A stretch of DNA of 56,271 bases, the filler included, from Perkinsus olseni (Eukaryota): the NCBI GenBank assembly GCA_013115125.1. It is 6 parts of 6 records of this genome, joined end to end, with 100 filler letters (N's around TTAATTAATTAA, not from the genome) between each part and the next. Parts side by side here need not be neighbours in the genome. Positions count along the whole stretch, not along the records: positions 9,459 to 18,803 come from JABANN010000921.1; positions 18,904 to 28,238 come from JABANN010000922.1; 4 more parts are not named here. One strand, given 5' to 3'. Below are positions 12,867-24,598 of the stretch, piece by piece (within the stretch, counting starts at the first letter, position 1; every line of letters begins with the position of its first letter). Made by a program: the position numbers and the translations under genes. The notes beneath the pieces are model-generated. The model searched no databases, was not told the origin of the DNA, and saw only the letters and a list, made by a program, of their open reading frames with translations.

Positions 12867-13212
12867 TTACGGCTGAGTGTACTTCAGTCGCACCGTTGAT
12901 GCTCCTTTATATCCCCTTCTTGATAAACATTTTATCGATATCAATATCAATCATTCGTGAAGTCATCTTAACCTGTCATCATCATTATAGTGACATAGGC
13001 TTTGCCTAGTGTGCAGAGCGCGAAGGTGAAGCGCTCTGCTTCGCTCCATCATTGTATGTCCCTCTCTGGCAGTTTTTGAGCAGTTTTGAACTGGTTGGCT
13101 TCACTACTCTACAGGATGTCGTGTTACTTCAGTCCTAGGACGAGCGAGTTTTCCATACAAGTTGTCCTCTTTCGCATTCTGCTGTGTGTGTGAGTTTCAA
13201 CTTGAGAGGAGC

Positions 13213-13413
13213 TGTTGTAGTAGTTCGTTGATATGTAGCCCCACTAGGACGAACACCACGACTGATGGGTGGTAAGAAAGCTTGTTATTGCATCATCCGC
13301 TATAGCGTAACAGACTAGCTATGCAAGTAAAGAGTAAGAACAACGCATCTATCAATACTCAACTATTACTTGCCATAGTGACAACAATAACACTCATGTC
13401 TTCTTCTATAACA
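13213..13413 (-). repeat. 3' LTR
   Basis: TGTTGTAG...TATAACA, a direct repeat of 17780-17980. Purine tract AAGGGGGCGAGA (minus strand, 13414-13425) abuts it. Confidence 0.97.
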
Positions 13414-13435
13414 TCTCGCCCCCCTTGTTCGTCAG

Positions 13436-16305
13436 TCAAGGCTGAGGCTCGATAGGATATCCTTCTTCATCAAAACTGACTTCTCGTGGATTGCCACCAG
13501 GAATGAACCGAACTGGGGGATGACGATTTCTTCTCCCAAGAACATTAGCATCTGGAGGACTATGTTCTTCAGGTGCACCAGTAGATAATAAACCTGGACC
13601 AACGTCATTCCCGGGGACATCAAGAACTTCATCATGAAGCTGGTCTTCTTCAGCTTCTGCCGAACCGTGAGAGGCAACAGAGTAAGCTTCTTCGGAACTT
13701 AGGAAGAAAGACTCATTATCGTCAGTAACTGGGCTTTCTTCTTGCTGAGCTTCACTCTCGTCCGACTTCGAAATAATTCTATCATTAGTAACCACAAGTT
13801 CGCTTCGGCCGGAATGGTCAACCGAACGGAATCGAGACGCAAACGGTGTAGTATTAGTTATCTTGTAGACACCAGTCAGAAAGCGGGCTCCTGCCCTACG
13901 CTGCTCTCTGGGCTTCAGTATCCAGACCTCCTGTCCTTCTTGAAATGGAGATACACCTTCTGCTTGAGGAACCCGACAAGGAAGTTCTGCACCAAGTCTA
14001 AGTTTACGACCGAAAAGACGATTCAGCGGTGATTGCTGTGTAGAACCATGAACCGTACGATTATAAGCATCGCAGACAAGATCAAGCCGAGCTTGTAACG
14101 AGCAATTACTAGGCGCAAATAACAACCTCCTTTTCAAAATACCGTGAAATCTTTCACATACTCCATTGGCTGAGCCTCGATGGCCACTCGAGGGAACCAA
14201 CGTTGTTCCTCTTGAACGAAGGATTGATCGCAAGGCTAAGAAATTAGACCCTCGATCACATCGGACAAATATTGGGAATCCTAGCCCTGGAGAGCAAAAG
14301 ATGCTTTGCAGAGCGAAATACAGATGATCAGACGATTCCCCACGAAGGACTCTAACAGCAGCGTACCTTGAATAGTCGCAGATACATGACAGGACCGGGA
14401 CAGAATGCACGTAGGTAATATCCACACCAACGCATGACCATGGCTCCGTTGCCAAACGTCTGCAGGTCTCAGTGCTCAATGACACTGGCTTCCTCCGTCC
14501 CCTCTGACATATCTCATCAGTACAGGACTCGAGGGCATTCTCAACCTCAACATCCAGATTAGGGAACCGGAAGTATTCTTTCAATGTAGATGCCGTTGAC
14601 GACCGACCTGGGTGTAACAGACTTTGGTGTAACGACAGAATAACACGCCGTCTCAATGATGCCGGAAGATACGGTAGACCATCATAGTACACCAGGCCAT
14701 CACGAAGATCAAACTTTGACGACACCTCACAGTCGATGTCCTCACTAGCTTGAGCTTCGAGTAAATCAGAATTATCAGGCCACCAATGGTTCTGAACACC
14801 CTCGCCCCCCCAGCTGTTTACAAAGACAGCTGCGCCTAACGGGGACTGAGCGGACAACTCCTTTGGAAGCCGTGTAAGGGAATCCGACAGATTCTTTTCG
14901 GAGCAAATCCATTGAACATCAATATCAAGATTAAACTCACGAACCAACGAACGGATGACTGAGAGTCGTCGATCGATTAAGAAACTGTACATTCCTTTAG
15001 TGACCACTTTCTGGTGATTCAGCGTTTTAGAAAGCCAACTAACGGCGCTCCGAGAATCACTCATTATGGTAGCTTTATCAAAGCCGTACAAAATTATATA
15101 TTTGATGCCTCGAATGATGACATCAAGTTCCCGCACATTAATGTGGGTGGAAGGCTTACCCGCGCTACCGACATCACCAGTAGGAGCTAACCAAGCACCA
15201 TCAGCCAGAATCAAGTTAGCGCTATCAGTGAGGAGTACTGCTTCTGCTAGCTGACTCGCATCGACCCAACATCGGATCTTCTCACTACTCTCAGGTAAGA
15301 GCCACCGACCAAAGGCTGGATCACCAGACTGGCGGATAACAGAACACAACTTCTTCACGTAGTCTCGCACGTCGTCAGCTACCGGCCGAGACCAGGCAGA
15401 TCGATCCCTACCGCATGAATGATTAAGAAGTCGACGACCAACAGCTACGCAAACTCGAAGGTAACCGGCACAAGGTACATGAGCCACCAGTTTACCGAGC
15501 CAAGACCCGACTTCGCGAGCAGTCAACAACGGCGGCTTGTCGAACCTGGCTTCGATAGACTCTAGTAGACTCTCTAGAGGTAGTCGTCGTCGCCAGAGCA
15601 GAGTACCGGTATCATCCTGATAGATCTCAAGGCCTAAAAGATGAGCTCCGTTCAAGTCAACGGGATCCTTCGTCTTCAAGCCATTCTGAGAAAGGACGTT
15701 TCGAACCTCGGCGACCGACTTCTTGAAGTCGTCAAGTGACTGCGTAGGAGAACGGGCTACCAGAATATCATCAAAATATCGCAGAGTAGTGGGATAGTTT
15801 TGAAGAACGAAATCCAATACATTTTTTAGTAATCTTGGAGCACAGGACGCTCCAAATCCCAACCGCACCAGTCGAAAATAGGTGCCTTTATATCTCAGAC
15901 ACTGATACCAACTAAGATCATCACGAATCTTCAGCGATGGATAAGCCCGACGAACATCAAGTACTTGGGCTTGCGGACAGCACCGCCAACGACGTAACTC
16001 TTTCCCACAATCGGCAGCGAACGGATCGCTAGCTTGAACACAGTGAGAGTTCAAGAAGGCAAAATTGAGTGTGGGACGGACCGGAGTAGATTTCAATTCA
16101 TTAATCGCTGGTACAATAGGTAAACAACATCGAATGTTACACTCCTGCTCAGGTGGGACCTCTAATAGCCAGCCATCTTTTATCCAAGTATCAATCTCTT
16201 GATGGAGTAGGGCTAATTGGTCAGGAGTAAGATAGGAAAGGGAGTATTCTTCGGGACACGATATAGTCTCAGGTGGTTTATCATCACGCCATCGCCAAGC
16301 AGGTG
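13436..16305 (-). CDS. pol: Pol: reverse transcriptase, RNase H, integrase
   Basis: RT: DVRRAY, RLGFGASCAP, YFDD. RNase H: WVDAS, HINVRELD, SDS. Integrase: H-H-C-C, VGVDIT, CDRGSNF, NGVCERFH. Confidence 0.93.
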
Positions 16306-16925
16306 GAAGAATTGCCACGTACAGGCCGTCGTACTGCCGTACAATCAGGAGCTTCAAGAACCGTGTGAGTACGCCCTTCAACATCCAGGTACTCTTTCAC
16401 ATCACAGGACTCCAAGTTATATGCTCGGATCGGCTTCAACGGGATAGCCGCAGCACCTAAGTGAGCCTCCATATGACCAGCATCCGACCAATGGAACACC
16501 AAGTCATAAGGTAAATTCCGCCAGAAATCAGAACCAACCACCAATTTAAGACCATTCGGGAGCTGAGGTACTACAAGGCAGTTTAACTGCCAGGTATGAG
16601 ACTGGAATGATATACGAACATCACAGCAACCTTCAGATTCGATAGGCGCATTGCTTAAAGTAATCAAGGGCGAACAAGGTGAGGAGCAAACAGGTAATTT
16701 GAGAGAATAGGCAACATCATGGGTGATCAACGTAATAGCACAGCAAGGGTCACATAGTCCCGTCAAGGAGTAGGTATTCGTAGAGGTAGGGTGTTGTAGG
16801 ACAAAATTCAGAACTGGTAGGCGTGAACAATCAACATTAGCACAAGCAGCTGCTAAACCGGATGGAACCGGGCAAGAATCCACAACAGCATCCGCTACTG
16901 CTCGTGGGCCCTTGACACGTTTGAC
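16284..16925 (-). CDS. Aspartic protease region of pol, in the -1 frame relative to gag
   Basis: LTGLCDPCCAITLI and LVVGSDF align in position with retropepsin D[ST]G and (I/L)LG.D motifs, but the active-site motif is atypical. Confidence 0.7.
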   Translation of the reverse strand, partial: VKRVKGPRAVADAVVDSCPVPSGLAAACANVDCSRLPVLNFVLQHPTSTNTYSLTGLCDPCCAITLITHDVAYSLKLPVCSSPCSPLITLSNAPIESEGCCDVRISFQSHTWQLNCLVVPQLPNGLKLVVGSDFWRNLPYDLVFHWSDAGHMEAHLGAAAIPLKPIRAYNLESCDVKEYLDVEGRTHTVLEAPDCTAVRRPVRGNSSTCLAMA

Positions 16926-17752
16926 CGACGGGGACAGTCTCGGCGGAAGTGACCCTTCTCGTTGCACTCCCAACAGACCACCTTCGCTTTAGCTGCCTTG
17001 CCCTTACCGGTATACCCTGCCTCTCTTGAAATACCTTTGCCCTTACCAGTAAACCTAGACGAACCCTTCTTGCCTTTACCAACATTCAGCCCCTCACTTT
17101 GCTCGGCACGCACGCGCATAGCTGCGGCGGCAAACCCGGCGCCCTTCGCCCCCTCGAAGCGTGCAGCCTTAAGATGGTCCTTAGCAAGAACGACGAGAGA
17201 TTCCAGAGGAATCGCGGCATCCTCGTACTTAGCCAGGACCAAGGCCTTCGCAGTTCCTTGAGGAAGACCCCATACGAACTGACTGCGGAGAACTGCACTT
17301 TTCGCATCTTGCCCTAAATGAGGGTGGCTTATGTCCAAAAGAACCCTAAGATTGGCAACATAGCGATCAATGGGCTCCATTTCACCCAACCTTCTCGAGC
17401 AAAATGCCGCCCACGCAGTAAGGCTATCTAGGCCAAAGGCCAGCCTCAACTCAGCCACCAACAAGTCGAAATCATCTTGCTTTGCTTGGGGAAGCGAGTA
17501 CGCTACCACCGCTGCTCTGCCCTTGAGAGCCGACTTGAGGATACCGGCAGCTTTTGCTGCAAACCTTTCTCTCTCCGCCTGAGGAGCCGCAGCTCCAGGA
17601 CGGATGAGACCTCTCAGCTGAACAAAAGTGTCAAACTTCTTCAGAAAGAGCTCAATGCCAGCATTAACGTCTGTGGAGACATCCCCTTCTCCAGAGAAGC
17701 GCGGGCATAAAGATGACATCTTCTTATGATCATCTTCACCTTCGGTAGACAT
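16895..17752 (-). CDS. gag: Gag with CCHC zinc knuckle
   Basis: 285-aa ORF containing CWECNEKGHFRRDC, starting just after the PBS. Confidence 0.9.
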   Translation of the reverse strand: MSTEGEDDHKKMSSLCPRFSGEGDVSTDVNAGIELFLKKFDTFVQLRGLIRPGAAAPQAERERFAAKAAGILKSALKGRAAVVAYSLPQAKQDDFDLLVAELRLAFGLDSLTAWAAFCSRRLGEMEPIDRYVANLRVLLDISHPHLGQDAKSAVLRSQFVWGLPQGTAKALVLAKYEDAAIPLESLVVLAKDHLKAARFEGAKGAGFAAAAMRVRAEQSEGLNVGKGKKGSSRFTGKGKGISREAGYTGKGKAAKAKVVCWECNEKGHFRRDCPRRSNVSRAHEQ

Positions 17753-17779
17753 GGGGCCCTTCTCGGTTCCAGTACCAGA

Positions 17780-17980
17780 TGTTGTAGTAGTTCGTTGATA
17801 TGTAGCCCCACTAGGACGAACACCACGACTGATGGGTGGTAAGAAAGCTTCTTATTGCATCATCCGCTATAGCGTAACAGACTAGCTATGCAAGTAAAGA
17901 GTAAGAACAACGCATCTATCAATACTCAACTATTACTTGCCATAGTGACAACAATAACACTCATGTCTTCTTCTATAACA
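17780..17980 (-). repeat. 5' LTR
   Basis: Direct repeat of 13213-13413. On the minus strand it is followed by TC-TGGTACTGGAACCGAGAA, a PBS-like site beginning TGG. Confidence 0.97.
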
Positions 17981-18803
17981 GGAGCTGCAACCAGATCGAT
18001 TTTGCCAAGGAGGGCCTAGAAAATCGAGTACCGTAGGGGCCCTGTTTTTCTAGGGAGCATACTGCGCTCCCTATCTCAAAGGGCCCCCTCTCGGCCTTGG
18101 TCGGGGGGGCGGAGCCTCGAAACTCTCTTTCAAATGTTTCACCCTAGTTCGAGTCCAACGCCGAGAACCGGCTCAGTCAGACCAGCACCAATGAATCTTG
18201 TCTCAAGAAGGATGAGCTTATTGAGCACAGAAAGTAGCGCTCAGGTAGAGGATAGAGCCTACCAAAGATACTTACTTTCCTCTCGACAGCATCCTCATCA
18301 AGACACTTGGTGTCGAACCCCACCTCATTTTGCACCGTAAGTATTCGGCGCAAAATGCACAACAGAGTCGTGGCCTTCCTTGCCACTAGAGAGCGATTTT
18401 CATAATGTACCGTGGTTCTCGGACACCTTGAACGAGGAGTTCGTTCCACCCTCCTCTACCCCCTCCGTTCCGCACTCCGATAGGTAGACAGAATCCGTGA
18501 CCGCAGCACCGTCACAAACACGCGTTCATCAGTGCACGCGTGCACCTTCGAGTGGCCGGCATGGTCATCCTCTAGACCACAATTGAGACCCTCCCAAGGT
18601 TGGCTCTTATCCGATTACGTTGCTAGCTTGGGAGGGGTTATCGCTGGCTAGTGCCAATTTTCGGCTCTACTGGGGGAGCCTCGCCCGCATAGGGGTTCTT
18701 CGAGGAAATACAGCAAACGCGTCACACTCGCACTCGCCCTCGCCCTCGCACGAGTTCAGTACGTTCACGCCATGTTTTGTCTGTTGTTGCTTCTCGGTAT
18801 CAT

Positions 18804-18903
18804 NNNNNNNNNNNNNNNNNNNNNNNNNNNNNNNNNNNNNNNNNNNNTTAATTAATTAANNNNNNNNNNNNNNNNNNNNNNNNNNNNNNNNNNNNNNNNN
18901 NNN
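18804..18903. other. Artificial scaffold linker
   Basis: N44-TTAATTAATTAA-N44. Confidence 0.97.
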
Positions 18904-18974
<71 letters not shown>

Positions 18975-18995
18975 TCATCATTATTATTATTATTA

Positions 18996-21594
18996 TTACT
19001 CTAATGCGTAATGACCACCATGACCATTCCCAGCTGACCATTCTCTAACACCTAGTGCTACTTCCAATTCATAAGGTGTAGCTACTGGTACCATATAATC
19101 CGTGGTAGACCAAAGGAAGCTCTCAGGACAAGACAACATAACGTAACATTCTATCTCTGGGAAATTGGCTAATTTAGCAGACTCGCTCTGGCCAACATTG
19201 AAAATGTATACTTCGCCTGAAAAGAACAACAACATGATAACAATAATAATAATACTACTACGCTAGTGCGATACACATAATGATGATGGAAAGAAGAAGA
19301 AGAAGACTATGAACTAGGCCTTCGTAACGAAAAAAGCGGAGCTCGACACGAAGTCTCGGATTCGAACCCCAGCCAGGGCTTTTTTCTGTATTTTTCGGGT
19401 TCATCTACAACGGTCCACGCTGGTTTTGGTTGGTAGAACGGGGATGGGCGCGATTTCGTATTTTTTATAGAATATATGAACCGAGAACTTTCGATTGGTA
19501 TGCGTCCCATGAGTTCATTCAGCATAGTCGTGGAGAAATAATTTGAACGAACGAACGGACGAACGCACAGAAAAAAGCGCAGAAGTGACAGTATATGCTC
19601 CGCTCGCTTCGCTCGCTCCGCAATTATCAAATATAGGAAGAGCATCATTATGACGTTGATAATTGATAAATTACAAATATTACGTCCCGCGTTGAACAGC
19701 TGTTCCTTTATACGATTCAATAGAGCATCTTGATGTGGTACCTATAATGAATAGTAGTAATAGGCAACGGCGACACAGTGTTGTTCTGAATAGATATTAT
19801 TACATCAACCGAGCCAAATAAAATACCGATCTTTTTCGCCTTCTTAACCTGATTCCAATGATAATAATAGTGGTGATATTGTCGAGTACCTCTTCAACAA
19901 GACGATATCTTTGCATCTGAAGTTTATCCGTAGATGATGATGTGAGATGTGACCCATCCCACATGAGTAACGTGTGTATCGTACTGATGATAAATAGATT
20001 CCACTATCATTACGATGATGATAACTTACGGATTATGAAGCTGTAGACGATACCACATTGATGATGTTGCATCGGTTGTTGTTGCAGTAGTAGTAGTATC
20101 ACCCATGAATATAACGATAGGCTGTGGTGAAGATGATAATAATGGCGGAGTAGCAATGGGTGATGAAGATACGCAACGCTGCTTCTGCTGCTGCTGCTGC
20201 TGGTCATAATCTTCTGCGCTCACACTGAACAGGAGGAGCGTTATAAAAGCGTAATAGTGTGATGCCGATGCTGATGCTGATTATTATTATGTTTACATTC
20301 TTCTTCCGCATAATTGGTTATCCTCCATACCCTGATGATGATGCCCTCCTCCTCTATGCACTGATGATGATCTGCCTTCATATGGTGTATACTTATTATT
20401 ATTGAGTAATACTTTAGCAAGGGGACCAGATGATTTCAATACTTCAATACTAGGACGGAAACTCGACCTATTCGTCGGGTTGGTCGTGGTTGATGTTGTT
20501 GTGGTATTATCTTCATTAGGTATAACAGCCTCCTTACACGACTTACACACATACACATGTAAAGATGATGATGATGATGATGATGATGATGCATAATATT
20601 GTAGGGCCTGATAATGATAGTAGTACTAGTAGTATAAGAAGGAGAATAATCCATAATAACAGCTGCTGAGTCCAGCAGCAGGATTATCTTCTTACCTTGC
20701 CATATTCCATCTCCTTATCTGGTTCGTTAGTATCCCATATCAGCATCACAACCACCTACATCACTTATCATCATAACAACACCAACAACACCAACAAGAA
20801 TACAGCTACTACCTCATTATTTGTACTGCCTCCAACTCCACTGTTAGTAATCCAATCCTTCAATTCATCATACAACCTTCTCGGCTCATCATCATCCTCC
20901 TGCTTCCCCTTCTCACCGTCCTTTTCTTCTTCCTGTCCATCAGCAGCGATTGATGGTATCATGTTGTATATATAATAAGTTGGTAAACGTTTAGGCATAG
21001 TATGGCAACTATGGCCGAAATGAACCTACAAGAATAGAGACTGTGAGATGTAATAATGATGCGGGCGGAAATAGAGTTCCAATAGGATGTGTGTAGTAGC
21101 TAGGGATGATTACTATGCAATGAGCTGCGTAATGTTCGGCATTGACCTCATCAACACAGCATGATCCTTGCTTAGTATCACCGATAACCTGCAACAACCG
21201 AATAACATCAATAATAAGAAGGGGGGCCGATTATACATGATAACGATGATGATAAGGGCATCATAAGAGTAGTGATAATAATAATGATGATGAGCATGAG
21301 TGGTAATATGTAATAATGATACTATTATTACAAAGACTTCTCGTTGCGGTAGTCGATGTGATAATTCTTCACATACAGCTGGAGCCCTGAAACGCCATAA
21401 TTATAATAATAATACTCAACATCGTCATCATCATGATGGTGGTGGTCATGATGATGCAGTTTTAATGATTACCTTTTGAGCATGGAATCCGGGAATTGAA
21501 GCGCTATACGCTGATAGTTATTACTAACTATCCATTCTTCTACATCTTTATACAACTCACAGGCTGATGACCATGCTGTAGATGATGGAGGCAT
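18996..21594 (-). CDS. DPH2: Diphthamide biosynthesis protein 2, multi-exon
   Basis: Exon motifs RIALQFPD, GDTKQGSCCVDEVNAEH, KKIGILFGS and KLANFPEIECYVMLSCPE...PVATPYELEVAL. Exon boundaries are approximate. Confidence 0.88.
19313..19624. mobile_element. HINE/DINE-1-like (Helentron-associated) non-autonomous element in a DPH2 intron
   Basis: Compositionally distinct insert starting ACTAGG. It has the subterminal inverted pair GCGGAGC/GCTCCGC, a (GAAC/GGAC)n tetranucleotide tract, and a terminal GCTCGCTTCGCTCGC. Confidence 0.55.
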
Positions 21595-21845
21595 ATTGGA
21601 GGCAAGTGAGGTTACTACAGCAGCAGCAGCAGGAGGAGGAGGAGGAGGAGGAGGAGGAGGAGGTAGTGGAGAAGTTGAAACACCAGAACATGAGGAATAC
21701 TGGCAGAAACTCTCAGCGATGATGATGATGATCAAGAACAACATTACAAGTAGCGTTGTCATCATCATCAGCATTAATTAAGAACGTGAGTAATACTACT
21801 ACTACGGGCGGATCCATGAGGGTGTTCCCAATCATCATTAGACCA

Positions 21846-21877
21846 TCAGTGATGATGATGATGACGACGATGTAGTA

Positions 21878-21934
<57 letters not shown>

Positions 21935-22489
21935 GGAGTTGCGCATTGATAGCATGTGTATCAACATCTAACCACGACTTTAATGAAATCAGCTTATAAG
22001 AATGGACATCTCTAATAATACGAGATTTCAGTCTCGATGCTCCCGTGGGCCAGTACTCATTCATATTATCGATATTTCTTGAAAAATGATGGGGACCGTC
22101 AACTTCGATTATAACAGCATCATCACTTCTTCTTCTTCTCTGATTTTTACCATCATCGCCATCTTCCTCCACAATACTAATACCATCACTACCAGTTGAA
22201 GGGTATATTACCGCATCAACAATGATACCACATTCTGGCAGGAACACCTCATTCTCATGATGATAATGCTTGTTCAAGTTGTTGGTAATTATATTAGATA
22301 TTATATTATCCTGTATACCACTACACCTCAACCTTGATGTGCTCTCTAGTCTATTAATACATACTTCCTTCGCCGTCTGCAACACATCCCTAGGTATTAT
22401 CATATCATTATCATATGCAGGAATATTCATAGCGATGTTAGTGTGGTATAACATCATACACAATTCATCATTCAACGCAGTAGATCGGC

Positions 22490-22533
<44 letters not shown>

Positions 22534-24398
22534 GAGGTAGGGCTACTGGACCAGCTACCGCTGCGTCCTTCATTTCTAGTATCCCCCTCCTCCTCATTGT
22601 TGTTGTTGTTGGCATACCATCTTATACGAGATAGTTTTGAATAATCGATAGGTACGTTGAATACTGCACATATCCACATATACAATACCCCCTCTTTAGG
22701 TGCCCTAAAGTGTGGTATCCCTAGTCTCCTTCCTATATCATTAAAAGTATTGATAGCAACATCCTCGGGAGCAGCTATTGCTAACGAGTACAATATTCTA
22801 ATATATTGTGATGATGTTAGCTTAATATTACTAGTATCCCCACCTTCGTTAATATCAGTTAATGATGATAATAACGTACTAGTTAACAGAGGATGATAAT
22901 ATTGAGTAGTGGCCAAGGCATGTACTGCCGTTATAAGACATTTAATAATAGTGCTAGTAGCGTTAGTATACTGATGGCGGTGGGGGCGGCGATTAGTAAT
23001 ATTAGTAGTAGGAGGAGGAATATCTTTCAATATGTGTACCATACGATCTGAAAATCGTTTTAAAGATTTCTCAGACGATACACCAATCTTAGCGAATGCT
23101 ACGAGACTATTGGCTAATTGCTGCACTTCGAAGCTTGTTACCGGCGTACTCTCTACATACTTAACGCCTGTGTATAGTATATCACTATCAATCATATTAC
23201 AATATCTACTGCATGCAGCTAGTAATGCAGGATATAACGGTGGTAGATGATGATCCATCATGGACCCTCCATGAGCTGCTGCTGCTGCTGCTGCTGGTTG
23301 TAGTAGTTTACGCATACATATAGCCTGTATGCCTGGTGTAGCAGTAGTAGGGCCCACTAGACCTGCTAATACACCATATGATGCACAAGTATCATGCACA
23401 TCATCCATCATCCACTTCACAGCCAAGCCTTCAAATATCATACCAAGATAATCATCACATGATGATAGGAGGAGCATATCCCTTATTGCCTCCCAATCCC
23501 TCTCTAGTAATAATCGTAAATCAAATATGCTGAGTATGTCACGAATAAGGTTCATATCAGTCTTGTGATAAGCTCGAATAACATCAATAACAAATACACG
23601 ATCATCACTCTCGTGTAGGGTATTACGTATAATATCTTCTATTATTGCTTTTAATGTTGATAATAATTCATCATTCAATAATGATGTAACTTCTGCGTTT
23701 TTACCCCCCTTATCATCGTAGTTGTTGTTGTCGTCGGAATGATGATCGTTATTGTATGTAATAGCCTGCAGTATAACAGTAATGGTCTTCAGTCTATCAT
23801 CATCATTTAATAGCTTCTCTTTATTGGCTATGATATGGGAAGATAATACCGGCCAATACTCGTTATATAACGACAACGACGACGATGATGACAATCTGCT
23901 AACTATCCACAGCATACGTGCGATATGCCTAGGCTGAGCATCCAACATCATATGAGGCATCATGTTCTTCAATAAGGTATTGATTATAGTGGAAGATGTG
24001 GTATGATTATCATTTGTCGTCATAATATTATTATATAGGACCCATAATATATCAGATACCTCTCGACCAGTAGGGTACCTCTTACTTTTCAATAGCTCAT
24101 TAATATGCTGCAATACGATATTAACAGCAATATCCCTCTTGCTATGATGACCACTGCCATTAGTAGTTGATACCACCACCATTGATGTTAATCTCTTAAG
24201 ACTCAATGCACAGTGTGCATAATTGAAATGGTACACCAGTCGTATAACCTCCCTACATACCATATCATCCGGTGTATTTAGTAGTAGTCTAGTCACCTGG
24301 GTTAATGGTAGTAGTAATGATGATGATGAAGAGGAGCAGCAGCACCCAGTCCGACCTGCCGCCGCCGAGAGCCTCCAAAACGAAGTTACTACCACCAT
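21846..24398 (-). CDS. RAP-domain organellar RNA-binding protein, intronless
   Basis: C-terminal IIVDAVI...IIEVDGPHHF...TGASRLKSRII...YKLISL..W RAP motif, helical body and Ser/Arg-rich N-terminus. The start could instead be 24485. Confidence 0.85.
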
Positions 24399-24598
24399 CG
24401 TGATGTTATAATGATAAGAAAAACCTTGAAGATGGAGATTTGTACACGGAAAACAGTAATGTGCCGGGATCGAACCGGGGACCATAATTAGCTAGGCGGC
24501 GGCGGTGACGTGACGCTGCCGGTGGTTGTTGTTGATGATTACAGTGCGTCGCCACCCTTACTACTTCCTTGGTAGTTTTTCCCCTCTTGTTGGTGGTA

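Larger units (their letters stand above)
13213..17980 (-). mobile_element. Full-length LTR retrotransposon (4768 bp; gag-PR-RT-RH-IN order)
   Basis: Two 201-bp TG...CA LTRs differ at one base. TSD GGAGC lies at 13208-13212 and 17981-17985. A PPT and a PBS-like site are adjacent to the LTRs. Confidence 0.97.

Noticed and set aside
4146-13054. Shared CAATGA(C/T)GGAGCGAAG motif at about 4146 (+) and 13039-13054 (-)
   Set aside because: Too short, and the flanks do not align.
24455-24560. tRNA-like CCGGTTCGATCCCGG on the minus strand
   Set aside because: Only a T-arm-like piece. I could not build an acceptor stem or D-arm.
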